Shown piece by piece: positions 21,001 to 29,885 of a stretch of DNA of 64,000 nt. The DNA comes from an uncultured virus (IMG/VR IMGVR_UViG_3300042894_008159) (Duplodnaviria > Heunggongvirae > Uroviricota > Caudoviricetes). Numbering within the stretch: the first letter of the stretch is position 1; each line of letters starts with the position of its first letter. The notes under the pieces are model-generated. The model saw only the letters and a list, made by a program, of their open reading frames with translations. It had not been told where the DNA came from and ran no database searches. Made by a program: the position numbers and the translations under genes. The stretch is from positions 1 to 64,000 of IMG/VR virus record IMGVR_UViG_3300042894_008159; one strand, 5' to 3'.

Positions 21001-21650
21001 AAAACACTAAAATTCCCAGTATTTCTAATGGTTCTTAAAGGTAAAGGAATAACTTCTTCATCAACAAAATAGAAAATTCCATTATCTGTCAAAGAATTAA
21101 TAAATTCTTGCTCTCCTATGTTGTTTCTACCGTTCAGATTGGCATCGAAATATGCTTTTTGTTCATCAGTCTCGGTATTGGCTATAATTCTTTTAATCAG
21201 AATTCTATCCGCATCGTCAGGTAGCTGCCCCGTTACATCTATACTAATGTACAATAAAGGTGTTAGAAAACTTTCGAAAAACCAATTATCTCTGGTTGCA
21301 AATGTGCTGGGAACTTGCAAGTTAACAAAAGGTTTAGGATCGCGAAGTGGCTCTGACTTATAAATTTGAGAATAAGTACCATCTGGGTTTCTTACTGTAG
21401 AAAAGTTGTCACCTAACCCCGCTAAAGCCTGAATATTTGAATCAAGCCTTTGGATCTGAGAACTTAAATAGCCATAAGCGGGAATGCTAACATTTGTTGG
21501 TAATCCCGCTTCATCCAGCATTTCAATTTGTACTGTCTGGTTCGTAGAGGTCGCAACCTCATTCAAGCCATTTATAATTTCCAACGCGTTCTTTTGCAAT
21601 CTCAGGAATTGAGCTACTAAAGAACTAATACTGTTTTGTGTGCCTGACAT
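18066..21650 (-). CDS. Large structural protein with coiled coils and an Ig/FN3-like segment (1194 aa)
   Basis: Coiled coils (TLQSEISQLDTAIN; KLTDLQNEIASLKAMI); VEIRIKSVSEAGW...SDWSE is FN3-like. Confidence 0.7.
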   Translation of the reverse strand: MSGTQNSISSLVAQFLRLQKNALEIINGLNEVATSTNQTVQIEMLDEAGLPTNVSIPAYGYLSSQIQRLDSNIQALAGLGDNFSTVRNPDGTYSQIYKSEPLRDPKPFVNLQVPSTFATRDNWFFESFLTPLLYISIDVTGQLPDDADRILIKRIIANTETDEQKAYFDANLNGRNNIGEQEFINSLTDNGIFYFVDEEVIPLPLRTIRNTGNFSVLSFYDDTVSTTDSNGQTVQETRRNYKLNSVQYTDTSTGVTNGRTLDVGNFLLTPDGTRYEIISININQTSVQLKRTSGFQPVSIGPNSLTLLSTQFNPRFVDVNVGYNERQGVFFKKIDDNYNIVASSWSPGVVFWSNQLRINTTGGVQTLEQFYLNSVADLGQQMLAMAKEKKISAISGLTPDAPTIVPTNFRVVPINTQLTQSTDVQTLNNQVALKATLQSEISQLDTAINTTRAQINSASNTSVIAQTQVGIASLGASTATNLTNTTQNVQALQANLNSLTQQRVQKQQLLASTISQISTTSSSTPQLLAEPKYRVRGFWPIPPPKVNPTTGQQQVIQFIIEYRYLSDSGVAPAIQQISYQDNNGQEKTGAFSNWNRIITNIRSKVYDASSGTYVWAPEITADADANNINQLDIPITSGEQVEIRIKSVSEAGWPENPITSDWSESVTVSFPADATTESAVVSLTTNLKDEALLAIQQDLSSRGVDALLNRQFTAGSKTFLIDAPVISSGFTDASGNPVDLFQKLTDLQNEIASLKAMIDKSVGILEVQLVDEAGNTQIITSGQTLRVNAGYYNQIFLNATTSDAGKIAAKIYQLKLVNTAAGLLELSSSLPGGLDVIAGVSTAYTLPPGYSQNLRYGEIGISVTSLTAADIIPQGSTGSANNQSFEQLRQATPYASGNANSQFIYPRWKSVGLDQELYFNAETQPYTSGYDYSGNGNGQPLNGPSLIPFDPTDSSVPTASGSNGSVWNGGYTGSTGAWVGLGNGTLSEFCVHKNHPALNTGLSFTNLVKPNYANNGTVVYPYFRQSDYFYTDSTFNNYWMQLGYTPVTQDFVQGATASREDSMYPLKLGFESNDEWLIGKYSCGSYLFLGPATSSLVQVQGSTSLANQTVQQGINNAIIIPIIFQFRATDKLGYIGGFNAAGNPTNITYTKKMGLDIQVRNQSTFSFDLEVSAKYKNDTLSSRNFSSQGGTNLG

Positions 21651-21662
21651 GTTTTTTGAATT

Positions 21663-23873
21663 TTACGAGTTATTAGTTATGCTTTTACCAACATGATCCA
21701 CCTGGAATATTAAATTTTCCGGATCTACACATATGATATCAAAAACAGGTTTGAAATCATACGGGGCAAATTCATTGTTGGTTAAAGAAAGAATTAAAGT
21801 AGAATATGGTACTTGGGTTGGGTTAGAGAGTGGATATTTACCTTGTGAATTTGTCAAGAAATTAACATTGAAATTACCAGGTATAATTTGATCACCAAAA
21901 CAAAATCTCATGATCTGACCTAGTTTCCAATTTACAGTAGAATCATCTAGTCTTATAACCAAATCAGAGGTCAAAGTAATCGGAACCCCATTGTTGACAT
22001 GCTTGTAATAGTTACCGAATGTTAGGAGAGGAATTCTATTTGGGGAATTATTCTGTAAAGTTACCGTTCCTTTCCTAGGCCCCACGTTATAATCTTGATT
22101 GTTGTTAGAAATCGTTAGTTGATTAGGAACTGATCTATCAACAATTATTCCCTGGCCCTGTTTGATTAAATTTAAGTTATAAGAAATTTCAACTGAGGTT
22201 TCATTGTTAATAATTGCCCGTATCAACTCATAATTTTGGTTGATTAATCCCATTACGGCTTGAGTATTATTGAACAAAGCCTGATTTGCAGCCAATGTAT
22301 TTTCTAGTTGTGAAATCCTTTGATCGAATGTGAAAGTTGTATCTGATGTTAAAACTAGATTTTCTAAAGCGTTGACCCGGTCTTCCAAATTCGCATAAAT
22401 GGCAGCAGTGTTATTCAAAGTACCTGAAGCATCTTGCAAAACATTCATGGCATCCATAAACATGGACAGTGAGAAAGGAGAATAATCGTTTATTGCCTGT
22501 TCTACTCCAGTTTGATCGATATCTACGTCAAATTTGATGTTCAGCTTCAGTCCAAATGAGTTACCATTCAACTTGGTAACAGGATTTGGTTTAAATTTTT
22601 TGAATCCAGGAATTTCGGAAGTTCCAATCCCAGTATCTTGTACATCATCTAGAAAAAGAACTCCGTATAAATTGGTGGCAGAATCGGCAGGAATTGCCGG
22701 ATCATAAACATCATAGTAAATCAAAACAGCATTGAAAGAAAAATCGGTAGATTCGGAAGTAGCATTGAATTCCTCCAATGTAGAAATAGCAGGATTACTT
22801 ACGATCTGTTGATAAGAACTTGGATCAAAATCGATGCCGATAGAATCCAAAGTTGTTCTGACGTATTTTTGATATGCATTGCCAGTGGTTCCGCCGTTAA
22901 ATGATTTTTCTAAAATTTGAGCGGCAGGATTAGTGAATGTAGCATCAGTAAAATAAGAATCAGCAATTGCTCTTGGGGAATACCAATTTCCAGAACCGGT
23001 CGATCCATTGGAAGTATTTTCGAACTCTACGGAAGGTGATCCTAAAACGTCACAGTCAAAAATAGCCAAATTTGTCAAACCACTGGGGTTGAATTCGTTG
23101 TATGATCTTCCGGTCAGATACTCGTCATTTAAAGGATCTTGTGGGTTATTGGTCCACCCAAAATCCATCGGATAATTTTGGTCGACAACATTTTTAAATA
23201 GAACTGTAGGAGTATTACCGTCTTTGGTTGGAACCATCACATACACCTCTGAGTAAGTGTTATTGTTATTCTTAACTGAATTTACAATGTCTAAATTACC
23301 AATGTACTGCACTACCCTATTGTATGTTGCTCCGGTCAATCCATAAGAACCGGTTCCTCCGGATGGATCTCCTTCAACATATCTTTTCTGAGTTACTGGC
23401 AATCCATTTACAGTCAAAACAGTATTTTGGTCTAAAGTCGAAACTACCTGTGAAGAATTAGCTGGCTGAAATCTTATTCCTCCTAATTCCTTTATCCACT
23501 TCCAAAAAACCCTTTCTGAAACGTTTTGTTTTAACGATTGATCATAATTGTTACCGCTTAGAATAGTGGTTTCTAAATTCAAACAATAACTTTGAAAACT
23601 CTGGGAAAAATTAACGTTTTGATTGGATGTAATAATTTGGTTTGCCCCACTTGCTTTATCCAAAAAAGCACTGTCCGGAGCGTTGAGTTTCAAAGTATTA
23701 CCAAGAGGATTTGTGGAATCAATATTGGGGATATTCAACAAGGCAAATTTCGAAAACTTGAATTGATTTATAGAGTTGTTGAATGTAAATGATAGATCTT
23801 CAGCAGCCGAAGAAAAGGCGTAGAAGGTACCACCTTGAACTTGTAATGGACGTATAAAAGGAGTTTTAGCCAT
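21663..23873 (-). CDS. Structural (baseplate) protein with a coiled coil
   Basis: Likely start MAKTPFIRP at 23873 (AAAAATATG) rather than the overlapping upstream start at 23918. Confidence 0.7.
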   Translation of the reverse strand: MAKTPFIRPLQVQGGTFYAFSSAAEDLSFTFNNSINQFKFSKFALLNIPNIDSTNPLGNTLKLNAPDSAFLDKASGANQIITSNQNVNFSQSFQSYCLNLETTILSGNNYDQSLKQNVSERVFWKWIKELGGIRFQPANSSQVVSTLDQNTVLTVNGLPVTQKRYVEGDPSGGTGSYGLTGATYNRVVQYIGNLDIVNSVKNNNNTYSEVYVMVPTKDGNTPTVLFKNVVDQNYPMDFGWTNNPQDPLNDEYLTGRSYNEFNPSGLTNLAIFDCDVLGSPSVEFENTSNGSTGSGNWYSPRAIADSYFTDATFTNPAAQILEKSFNGGTTGNAYQKYVRTTLDSIGIDFDPSSYQQIVSNPAISTLEEFNATSESTDFSFNAVLIYYDVYDPAIPADSATNLYGVLFLDDVQDTGIGTSEIPGFKKFKPNPVTKLNGNSFGLKLNIKFDVDIDQTGVEQAINDYSPFSLSMFMDAMNVLQDASGTLNNTAAIYANLEDRVNALENLVLTSDTTFTFDQRISQLENTLAANQALFNNTQAVMGLINQNYELIRAIINNETSVEISYNLNLIKQGQGIIVDRSVPNQLTISNNNQDYNVGPRKGTVTLQNNSPNRIPLLTFGNYYKHVNNGVPITLTSDLVIRLDDSTVNWKLGQIMRFCFGDQIIPGNFNVNFLTNSQGKYPLSNPTQVPYSTLILSLTNNEFAPYDFKPVFDIICVDPENLIFQVDHVGKSITNNS

Positions 23874-23881
23874 ATTTTTTG

Positions 23882-24766
23882 TTAAAATGTCATATTGGAA
23901 GAGGAAAGTACAACCCAAGATCCTTGCTGTGTTCCAGTTCCCTGGGAAATTCTAGGCTCCCATTGTAAAGTAATAACAGATTGATAAGGTTTTCCAGAGT
24001 CACACGTTATACCAGCAGATGGAAAGTTGGCGTAAGAAGCATCCGTATTGAATCCAGTATAATAGGCTCCAGAATTTTGAACTCCAGTAGCTAAAAATCC
24101 ACCAGTGGCACTAGTATTAACGATTGTAATTCTAGTTCCAGCTACTAAAGCAGATCCCGACGCACCGGTAGTACCTACAGACATGTACCAACCGGGTCCA
24201 CACTGGGCATAAATCACGTCTTCTATTCCAGTAATTTGGTATGGAACAGACAAAGAAGAAGATCTTCCACCTCCTCCAGAAGAAGGCTGTGCGAAAGGCT
24301 GTCCGGCAGTTGCACCAGAATCATAAATGGTATTCTGTCCTACAAAATGACCTCCAAGTAATATATTAAAAGCTCCACTAAGGTTGTTACTTCCCAATAA
24401 ATTTGTGGTTGAACCAAATGTAACTGTACCATTTGAAGTTAGAGTCCCATTGAAAATGCTGGCCCCGCTTGCAGTTAAAGTTGTTGATGCAACACTCACA
24501 AATTGACTCGATCCGTTGGAATTAATTTGTGCTAAAGCTGTTCCACCTACAGGGACTATGATTTGATCGAACTTACCGGTTTTAGCTGAAATTCTTCCAG
24601 TAGAAGCGGCAGATAAATCCAGGATTCCATTCACCGAATCTATTCCGAATACATCAACATACTGGTTAATCCAATTTTGCAAAAGAAGAAAATTGGAATT
24701 GATGGTTGTTCTTGATGCTGAAATGGAATCTGAACCTAAAATTGAGGTTGTACTAACAGTTGACAT
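23882..24766 (-). CDS. Short fibre-like structural protein
   Basis: Likely start MSTVSTT at 24766; GSDSISASRTTINSNF matches the fibre N-terminal motif; beta-repeat-like body. Confidence 0.7.
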   Translation of the reverse strand: MSTVSTTSILGSDSISASRTTINSNFLLLQNWINQYVDVFGIDSVNGILDLSAASTGRISAKTGKFDQIIVPVGGTALAQINSNGSSQFVSVASTTLTASGASIFNGTLTSNGTVTFGSTTNLLGSNNLSGAFNILLGGHFVGQNTIYDSGATAGQPFAQPSSGGGGRSSSLSVPYQITGIEDVIYAQCGPGWYMSVGTTGASGSALVAGTRITIVNTSATGGFLATGVQNSGAYYTGFNTDASYANFPSAGITCDSGKPYQSVITLQWEPRISQGTGTQQGSWVVLSSSNMTF

Positions 24767-24786
24767 TATTTCAAATTTTAATTTTG

Positions 24787-24796
24787 AATATATATC
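24787..24796. promoter_or_regulatory. Bidirectional late promoter element (AATATATATC)
   Basis: GATATATA on the minus strand about 23 nt before ATG 24766, and AATATATA on the plus strand about 25 nt before phoH ATG 24820. Confidence 0.65.
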
Positions 24797-24819
24797 AAAA
24801 CAATTCACAACACTAAAAT

Positions 24820-25521
24820 ATGCCCACAGCAAAAAGCAAACTAACAGCTAAAGATTTTTACGATGTAAATTTCACAGAAAAACAAAAAAATTATTGCGAT
24901 ACCATTTTCAAAAATACAATCACATTTTGTTGGGGTCCTGCAGGTTCTTCCAAAACTTTTTCAGCATGCTACGCAGCTTTAAAGATGGTTCAAAGGGGAG
25001 AAATTGAAAGAATAATTTTTACAAAACCAATTCAAGAATCAGGAGAAAAGCTAGGTAGTTTACCAGGAGATGTTAGCGAAAAAATTAGTCCTTTCATGGA
25101 AAGTTTTTTAATCACCATGGAGAAAATAATCTCAAAGGAAAAATTAGGACAATTAATTTCAGAACGTACTATCGAATTCAGACCTTTGGCTTATATGAGA
25201 GGTGCTACCTTCGATAGATCCATGATGATTTTAGACGAGGCCCAAAATTGCGACATGAAACAACTCATGCTTTATATTTCTAGAGTTGGAGAAGGATCTA
25301 AAGTTTTAGTAGCTGGAGACATAACACAGCACGATATAGCATATGAAAAGGTAGCTTTACCCATCTTTGTAGAACTAGTCAGAGGAATTTCAGGAGTTGG
25401 GGAATTTCGTTTTGCCGAAGAGGATATTGTTCGGAGCAAAATTCTGAAAGAAATAGTTAGGAGATACGAACAATGGAAATACAAACTTGTGGGCGTAACG
25501 GGAAACACAAAACCTAAATAA
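24820..25521 (+). CDS. phoH: PhoH-family ATPase
   Basis: GPAGSSKT P-loop, KPIQESGEKLGSLPG, PLAYMRGATF, ILDEAQN, GDITQHD, DIVRS. Confidence 0.95.
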   Translation: MPTAKSKLTAKDFYDVNFTEKQKNYCDTIFKNTITFCWGPAGSSKTFSACYAALKMVQRGEIERIIFTKPIQESGEKLGSLPGDVSEKISPFMESFLITMEKIISKEKLGQLISERTIEFRPLAYMRGATFDRSMMILDEAQNCDMKQLMLYISRVGEGSKVLVAGDITQHDIAYEKVALPIFVELVRGISGVGEFRFAEEDIVRSKILKEIVRRYEQWKYKLVGVTGNTKPK

Positions 25522-28500
25522 TTAGTTTCCTATAAAAGTCGAATTTGGATCGTCTGTTAATTTAAGACCAGACCCATAATTTGAAACATTCTGAGATCTA
25601 ATTATAATTTGGTCTTCTAAAATTTGTCTGTCTAAATCTGCATATTGGGATTCGAAGTCTCTACCAGGAGCAACGTATCCGTAGTCTGCAGAATTAACGA
25701 GCAATGGGTTGGGATCATTGGCTCTTGGTATAGATTGATTAACCACAGACACAAAGGCAGGTTTTGAAACTTGGTAAACATTTCCAGCCGAATCCTCGAC
25801 AGTATTTTGTATGGTATAATAATCTGACTCTGTAAATGTGTAAATAAAATATGGTGTAAATTTAACATCTAAAATTACCTCCCCAGTTCTGGCATTGCTT
25901 AGAATCCATCGGTTGTTTTGTTTTCCAAAAATTTCAGAGGCATAATTAGAAAAGAAAACTGTGGATAACATTGGAACATAAAGACTGTTGTCCGAATTGT
26001 GAACATCTACCCAAGTCCACGCTCCCGATCCCGCACGGGATATGATATTTCCTTCGTCTACTCCCAATGGGGGTTTATAGCTTTCAAGGAAAGAAACGAA
26101 CGGTGAAAAATTAGAAGAGGGATATGGTAAACCCGTCGGGCCAGTCAAACCTTGATTTGTTCCTGTTATGAAAATATTCAAATCAGGAGAAACTGTGAAA
26201 AATAATTCATTTTGTGTTCCGGTTTGCCCAGGTTCAAAGGTGGAAAAAGAATCGATAAATGTTCCAGATATGTTTCTTTTTTGAATTAAATTTCCGCTTC
26301 CTGTTACTCCAGGTTGTAAAGGATAATTCACCGAAAGATAATAATCACCATTTCCTCTTAATCCCTGAACTTCTGTAATTCTTGTAACATAAACATCTTC
26401 GTAAGAAGAAGGAAGAATTTCGAAATTTGATTCAGATTGAATTTTTCCTCCTGGTGAAATGGATAAGATCCCACCCTGAAGTGCTCCAGAAACCCCAGAT
26501 ACAATTTCGTTAGTTCCTCCGCCTTCTATAAGAGCATCTCCTGTAAACAAGAAAGCGGTGTAGTAGGTCGATGTGCTATTAAAAGCTCTAATTGTTTTGT
26601 GCCAACCTGTGTGATAGTTAGAATTATTTATTTGATAGTTACGTACAAATGCACCAGTTATTCCTTCAAAATTTGAATTAGAAAGCAAAACCCAAGGATA
26701 AGAAAATCCAGTTGCTCCGGATGGATGAGAAATGGTAATTCCACCAAAATTAACATCATGGGTGGATGTTCCAGAGGTTAGAAAAGTTTGGGAGTTGGGA
26801 AGACTAACAAGAGAATCAGCAAAAGAACCAGCTCCCGTCATTCCTATTACTTTTGCATTAATCAAAGAAAATTCTGAATTCATTTCCAATACAAATGCAC
26901 TTGGTAAATATGTGTTATTTTGAATTGGACTAAAAATAAATTCAGGTGAAACAGGCAAATCTCCTTCGTTCGAATAATCATTTTTCAATGTGGAATATCC
27001 TCCAATGAAATTGCTCATGAGACGAATTGAATTTTGCGAGATGGATAATTCCGTTCCTCCGCTTACTCCTATACCAATAGGGTAAAAACCAGTAGGACCG
27101 GATATGGGGTTATTCGCAGAATCAATTGCAGGGAAATATCTAAATTTTTTCAAATTGAATCTAGACTGTAAAGACTGGGTGGCAAAATCAATTCCCCCAT
27201 AACTGCATTGATCCCCCAGATCGAAATCAACTTCTGCTATAAAATAGGCTGGTTCATCGTAAAGCAAACCTGGATCTGGAATGTACGCACCGGTTCCAGA
27301 GGTAGGTCCATTCAAAATCCATGGATAATCAAAACTTCCAGTTATTCCAGGTGTTGACAAATTCGAGAATCCAATTGGACCTCCAGTAGGTCCGGTAACA
27401 CCAGTTATGGTCAAATCAGCAGCATTTGGGAATCTTGTATTCCAAACAAATTCTCCTGCTTCCAAATAAGAAGTGAATTTCCCAGCTACGATCAACGAGT
27501 TTCCATCGAATGAAGGTTTGACATCCAAAATTCTAGTTCTTCCTCCGCGGAAAGGTATAACTCCCTGAACCTGTCCTTTATCGGTGTAAAAAGTTAAAAA
27601 TCCAACTTCCCCAGTTGCTCCAGAAAAATTTGGATTTTCAAATATGTATGATTCTTCAGTGTTGCTAGATGGACCAAAGTTTATAAATTGTTCGTTAGAA
27701 TATCCACCTAAAACATTCAAATTTCCATATCTAGTGGTTGATGTAACCACAACTGTTTGTGATGTAGAAGGAGAGGATGTAATTCCAATCATCCAAGAAT
27801 AATCTGGAATTTCTTGTGCTTGGATTTGCTGCTCATAAGTTGTGGTTTGACCCCAGTTCCAATAGTTTTGGTTTCCTGCTTCTCCATTGGCTATAGATTT
27901 AAAATTTGTAGTCAAAAATAAATTTCTAGGATCCATTCCAGGATGGTTTAGGGCCAAGTCTGCATTATCATATCCTTGCCAAGAAGGATAAACCCAATTG
28001 TACTTCTGAACTTTAGGCAGAAGTACTTGACTTGAGGTTGCCCCAGTAGGTGAAGGGGTGTAGCTTAAAAAATTCCATCCAGTGGTTCCTTCGAAATTAC
28101 TGGAAGCATACACGTGAGGTAATACATAATCGAATAAAACAATATTGTTTCCTGAAATGATCCAAAGATTGTAGGGATAAGTGGTAATTGAATTTTCAAT
28201 TGATTTAGTCGTTGCCACATCAAAATCTACAACAATATCCGATGGTAATCCAGAATTTGAAGAATCATAGTGTGTAAAATTAACCCCATTGAAATGATAG
28301 AATCCATTGGTAGTTGGCGGATTCGATTGTGGATTCCCACATCGGAAAAACACGTGTCCATAGGGTACTGAAACAACCTTGGTCACAGGCAAGACAACTG
28401 GAACTGCCCAATTGTAAAACTTTTGGCCATCCCAATATGTTAATCCATCTTCTGTTCCCAACCAGTAATTACCATTCTCGTCAAAATCTACAGAATAGAC

Positions 28501-29847
28501 CCTTTCTGAATTTAACGAGGAGTTGAATTTACTGATTTTTTTCAATTCAGGCAGGTAGATAGTCCCGTCCTGCAAATTTTGAGGTATTAAAGTTCCAGAG
28601 TTGATAATTTGAAGCCCCTCGTCCGTTGCAATATAATAAGACCAATCTGTACCACCCTCTCCCTTCGCCTTGATGTCATGAATTGTTGGCCAAACATATC
28701 CAGGAGAAACCTCTTGCCATTTTTCTGTTATCTTGTTATATTTCCAAAGATATCCTCCAGTTGGACCAGGATTGCACGTAGCTCCAGTTGGAACTCCTCC
28801 GTTCAAGGGAGAAATTACTGCTAAAATTTCTTGACCAAATGGACTTGCATAAATTAAAGGAACCTCCCAATTCGGGGATCCTAAATTAAATTCACTCAAA
28901 TTCCAAGAAGAACCGGTAGCAGCATTGGGTCCTTCTACGGAAAATATTAATACCTGTGATGTAGCAGATGAAACTGCACATCCAACCCATTTGGTGTCGT
29001 TGGTATCAATCGAAATTGACCTTGTATCTAGGTACCAAGGTGAATTGGATGGAACAGCCGAATTTGATGAATCATAAACTGACCAAACACCATCACTGAA
29101 AACAGTTAAATTCCTTCCAACACACCAAACAGATTCGTTGGGTGTATAAACTCCTGCAAATAAAACAGTTGGATCTGCAAATGGAGTGGATGAAGGGGTT
29201 GGAGTTTGCGTAGGTGTTGCTGAAGAAGTAGGAGTTGGAGTTTGCGTAGGTGTATTAGTGGGTGTGGTTGTAGGAGTTGGAGTTTGCGTAGGTGTTGCTG
29301 AAGAAGTAGGAGTTGGAGTTTGCGTAGGTGTATTAGTGGGTGTGGTTGTAGGAGTTGAAGTTTGAGTAGGTGTATTAGTGGATGTGGTTGTAGGAGTTGA
29401 AGTTTGAGTAGGTGTATTAGTGGATGTGGTTGTAGGAGTTGAAGTTTGAGTAGGTGTATTAGTGGATGTGGTTGTAGGAGTTGAAGTTTGAGTAGTTGTG
29501 GGGGTAGGGGTTTGCGTAGGTGTTGAAGTTAGAGTTGGAGTTGGTGTTGGACTTAATGATGGAGATGGTGTAGGTGGTTCTGGAGCAGAACAATCTATCG
29601 GATCTTGATTTACAATACCAACGGTACTGATATTAATTATGATTGTTTTATCGCCAGTTACTCCTGGATATTCTTTAAAAGCCCAATCGGAATTTCCGCC
29701 ATTAAATACAGAGAGTCCTTGCTCGTCTTCCGATATTTGTGTTCCACCAGTAATTCCATTGAAAGTTGGTTCCTGAGCCCAAATTATGGTGGTCCCAGCC
29801 CACAAATCGCAAACACTCGTTTGATTTCCTGTAATTCTAACTGGCAT
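25522..29847 (-). CDS. Large virion protein: Pro/Thr linker plus beta-propeller (Reg_prop-like) repeats; putative adhesin
   Basis: TP-rich linker; YDSSNS.(V/L)PS...I.ID....WVG and VYSVDFDENGNYWLGTEDGL blades; many GxTG motifs. Confidence 0.75.
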   Translation of the reverse strand: MPVRITGNQTSVCDLWAGTTIIWAQEPTFNGITGGTQISEDEQGLSVFNGGNSDWAFKEYPGVTGDKTIIINISTVGIVNQDPIDCSAPEPPTPSPSLSPTPTPTLTSTPTQTPTPTTTQTSTPTTTSTNTPTQTSTPTTTSTNTPTQTSTPTTTSTNTPTQTSTPTTTPTNTPTQTPTPTSSATPTQTPTPTTTPTNTPTQTPTPTSSATPTQTPTPSSTPFADPTVLFAGVYTPNESVWCVGRNLTVFSDGVWSVYDSSNSAVPSNSPWYLDTRSISIDTNDTKWVGCAVSSATSQVLIFSVEGPNAATGSSWNLSEFNLGSPNWEVPLIYASPFGQEILAVISPLNGGVPTGATCNPGPTGGYLWKYNKITEKWQEVSPGYVWPTIHDIKAKGEGGTDWSYYIATDEGLQIINSGTLIPQNLQDGTIYLPELKKISKFNSSLNSERVYSVDFDENGNYWLGTEDGLTYWDGQKFYNWAVPVVLPVTKVVSVPYGHVFFRCGNPQSNPPTTNGFYHFNGVNFTHYDSSNSGLPSDIVVDFDVATTKSIENSITTYPYNLWIISGNNIVLFDYVLPHVYASSNFEGTTGWNFLSYTPSPTGATSSQVLLPKVQKYNWVYPSWQGYDNADLALNHPGMDPRNLFLTTNFKSIANGEAGNQNYWNWGQTTTYEQQIQAQEIPDYSWMIGITSSPSTSQTVVVTSTTRYGNLNVLGGYSNEQFINFGPSSNTEESYIFENPNFSGATGEVGFLTFYTDKGQVQGVIPFRGGRTRILDVKPSFDGNSLIVAGKFTSYLEAGEFVWNTRFPNAADLTITGVTGPTGGPIGFSNLSTPGITGSFDYPWILNGPTSGTGAYIPDPGLLYDEPAYFIAEVDFDLGDQCSYGGIDFATQSLQSRFNLKKFRYFPAIDSANNPISGPTGFYPIGIGVSGGTELSISQNSIRLMSNFIGGYSTLKNDYSNEGDLPVSPEFIFSPIQNNTYLPSAFVLEMNSEFSLINAKVIGMTGAGSFADSLVSLPNSQTFLTSGTSTHDVNFGGITISHPSGATGFSYPWVLLSNSNFEGITGAFVRNYQINNSNYHTGWHKTIRAFNSTSTYYTAFLFTGDALIEGGGTNEIVSGVSGALQGGILSISPGGKIQSESNFEILPSSYEDVYVTRITEVQGLRGNGDYYLSVNYPLQPGVTGSGNLIQKRNISGTFIDSFSTFEPGQTGTQNELFFTVSPDLNIFITGTNQGLTGPTGLPYPSSNFSPFVSFLESYKPPLGVDEGNIISRAGSGAWTWVDVHNSDNSLYVPMLSTVFFSNYASEIFGKQNNRWILSNARTGEVILDVKFTPYFIYTFTESDYYTIQNTVEDSAGNVYQVSKPAFVSVVNQSIPRANDPNPLLVNSADYGYVAPGRDFESQYADLDRQILEDQIIIRSQNVSNYGSGLKLTDDPNSTFIGN
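29190..29580 (-). repeat. Pro/Thr mucin-like coding repeat (~42 nt, TPTQTSTPTTTSTN)
   Basis: gtaggtgtattagtgg recurs at 42-nt spacing. Confidence 0.9.
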
Positions 29848-29871
29848 TTTATTTTATTTGGAATTTTTCTT

Positions 29872-29879
29872 TATTTATC
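29872..29879 (-). promoter_or_regulatory. Putative late promoter GATAAATA
   Basis: tatttatc about 25 nt upstream of ATG 29847; one mismatch from T4 TATAAATA. Confidence 0.6.
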
Positions 29880-29885
29880 TTAATT

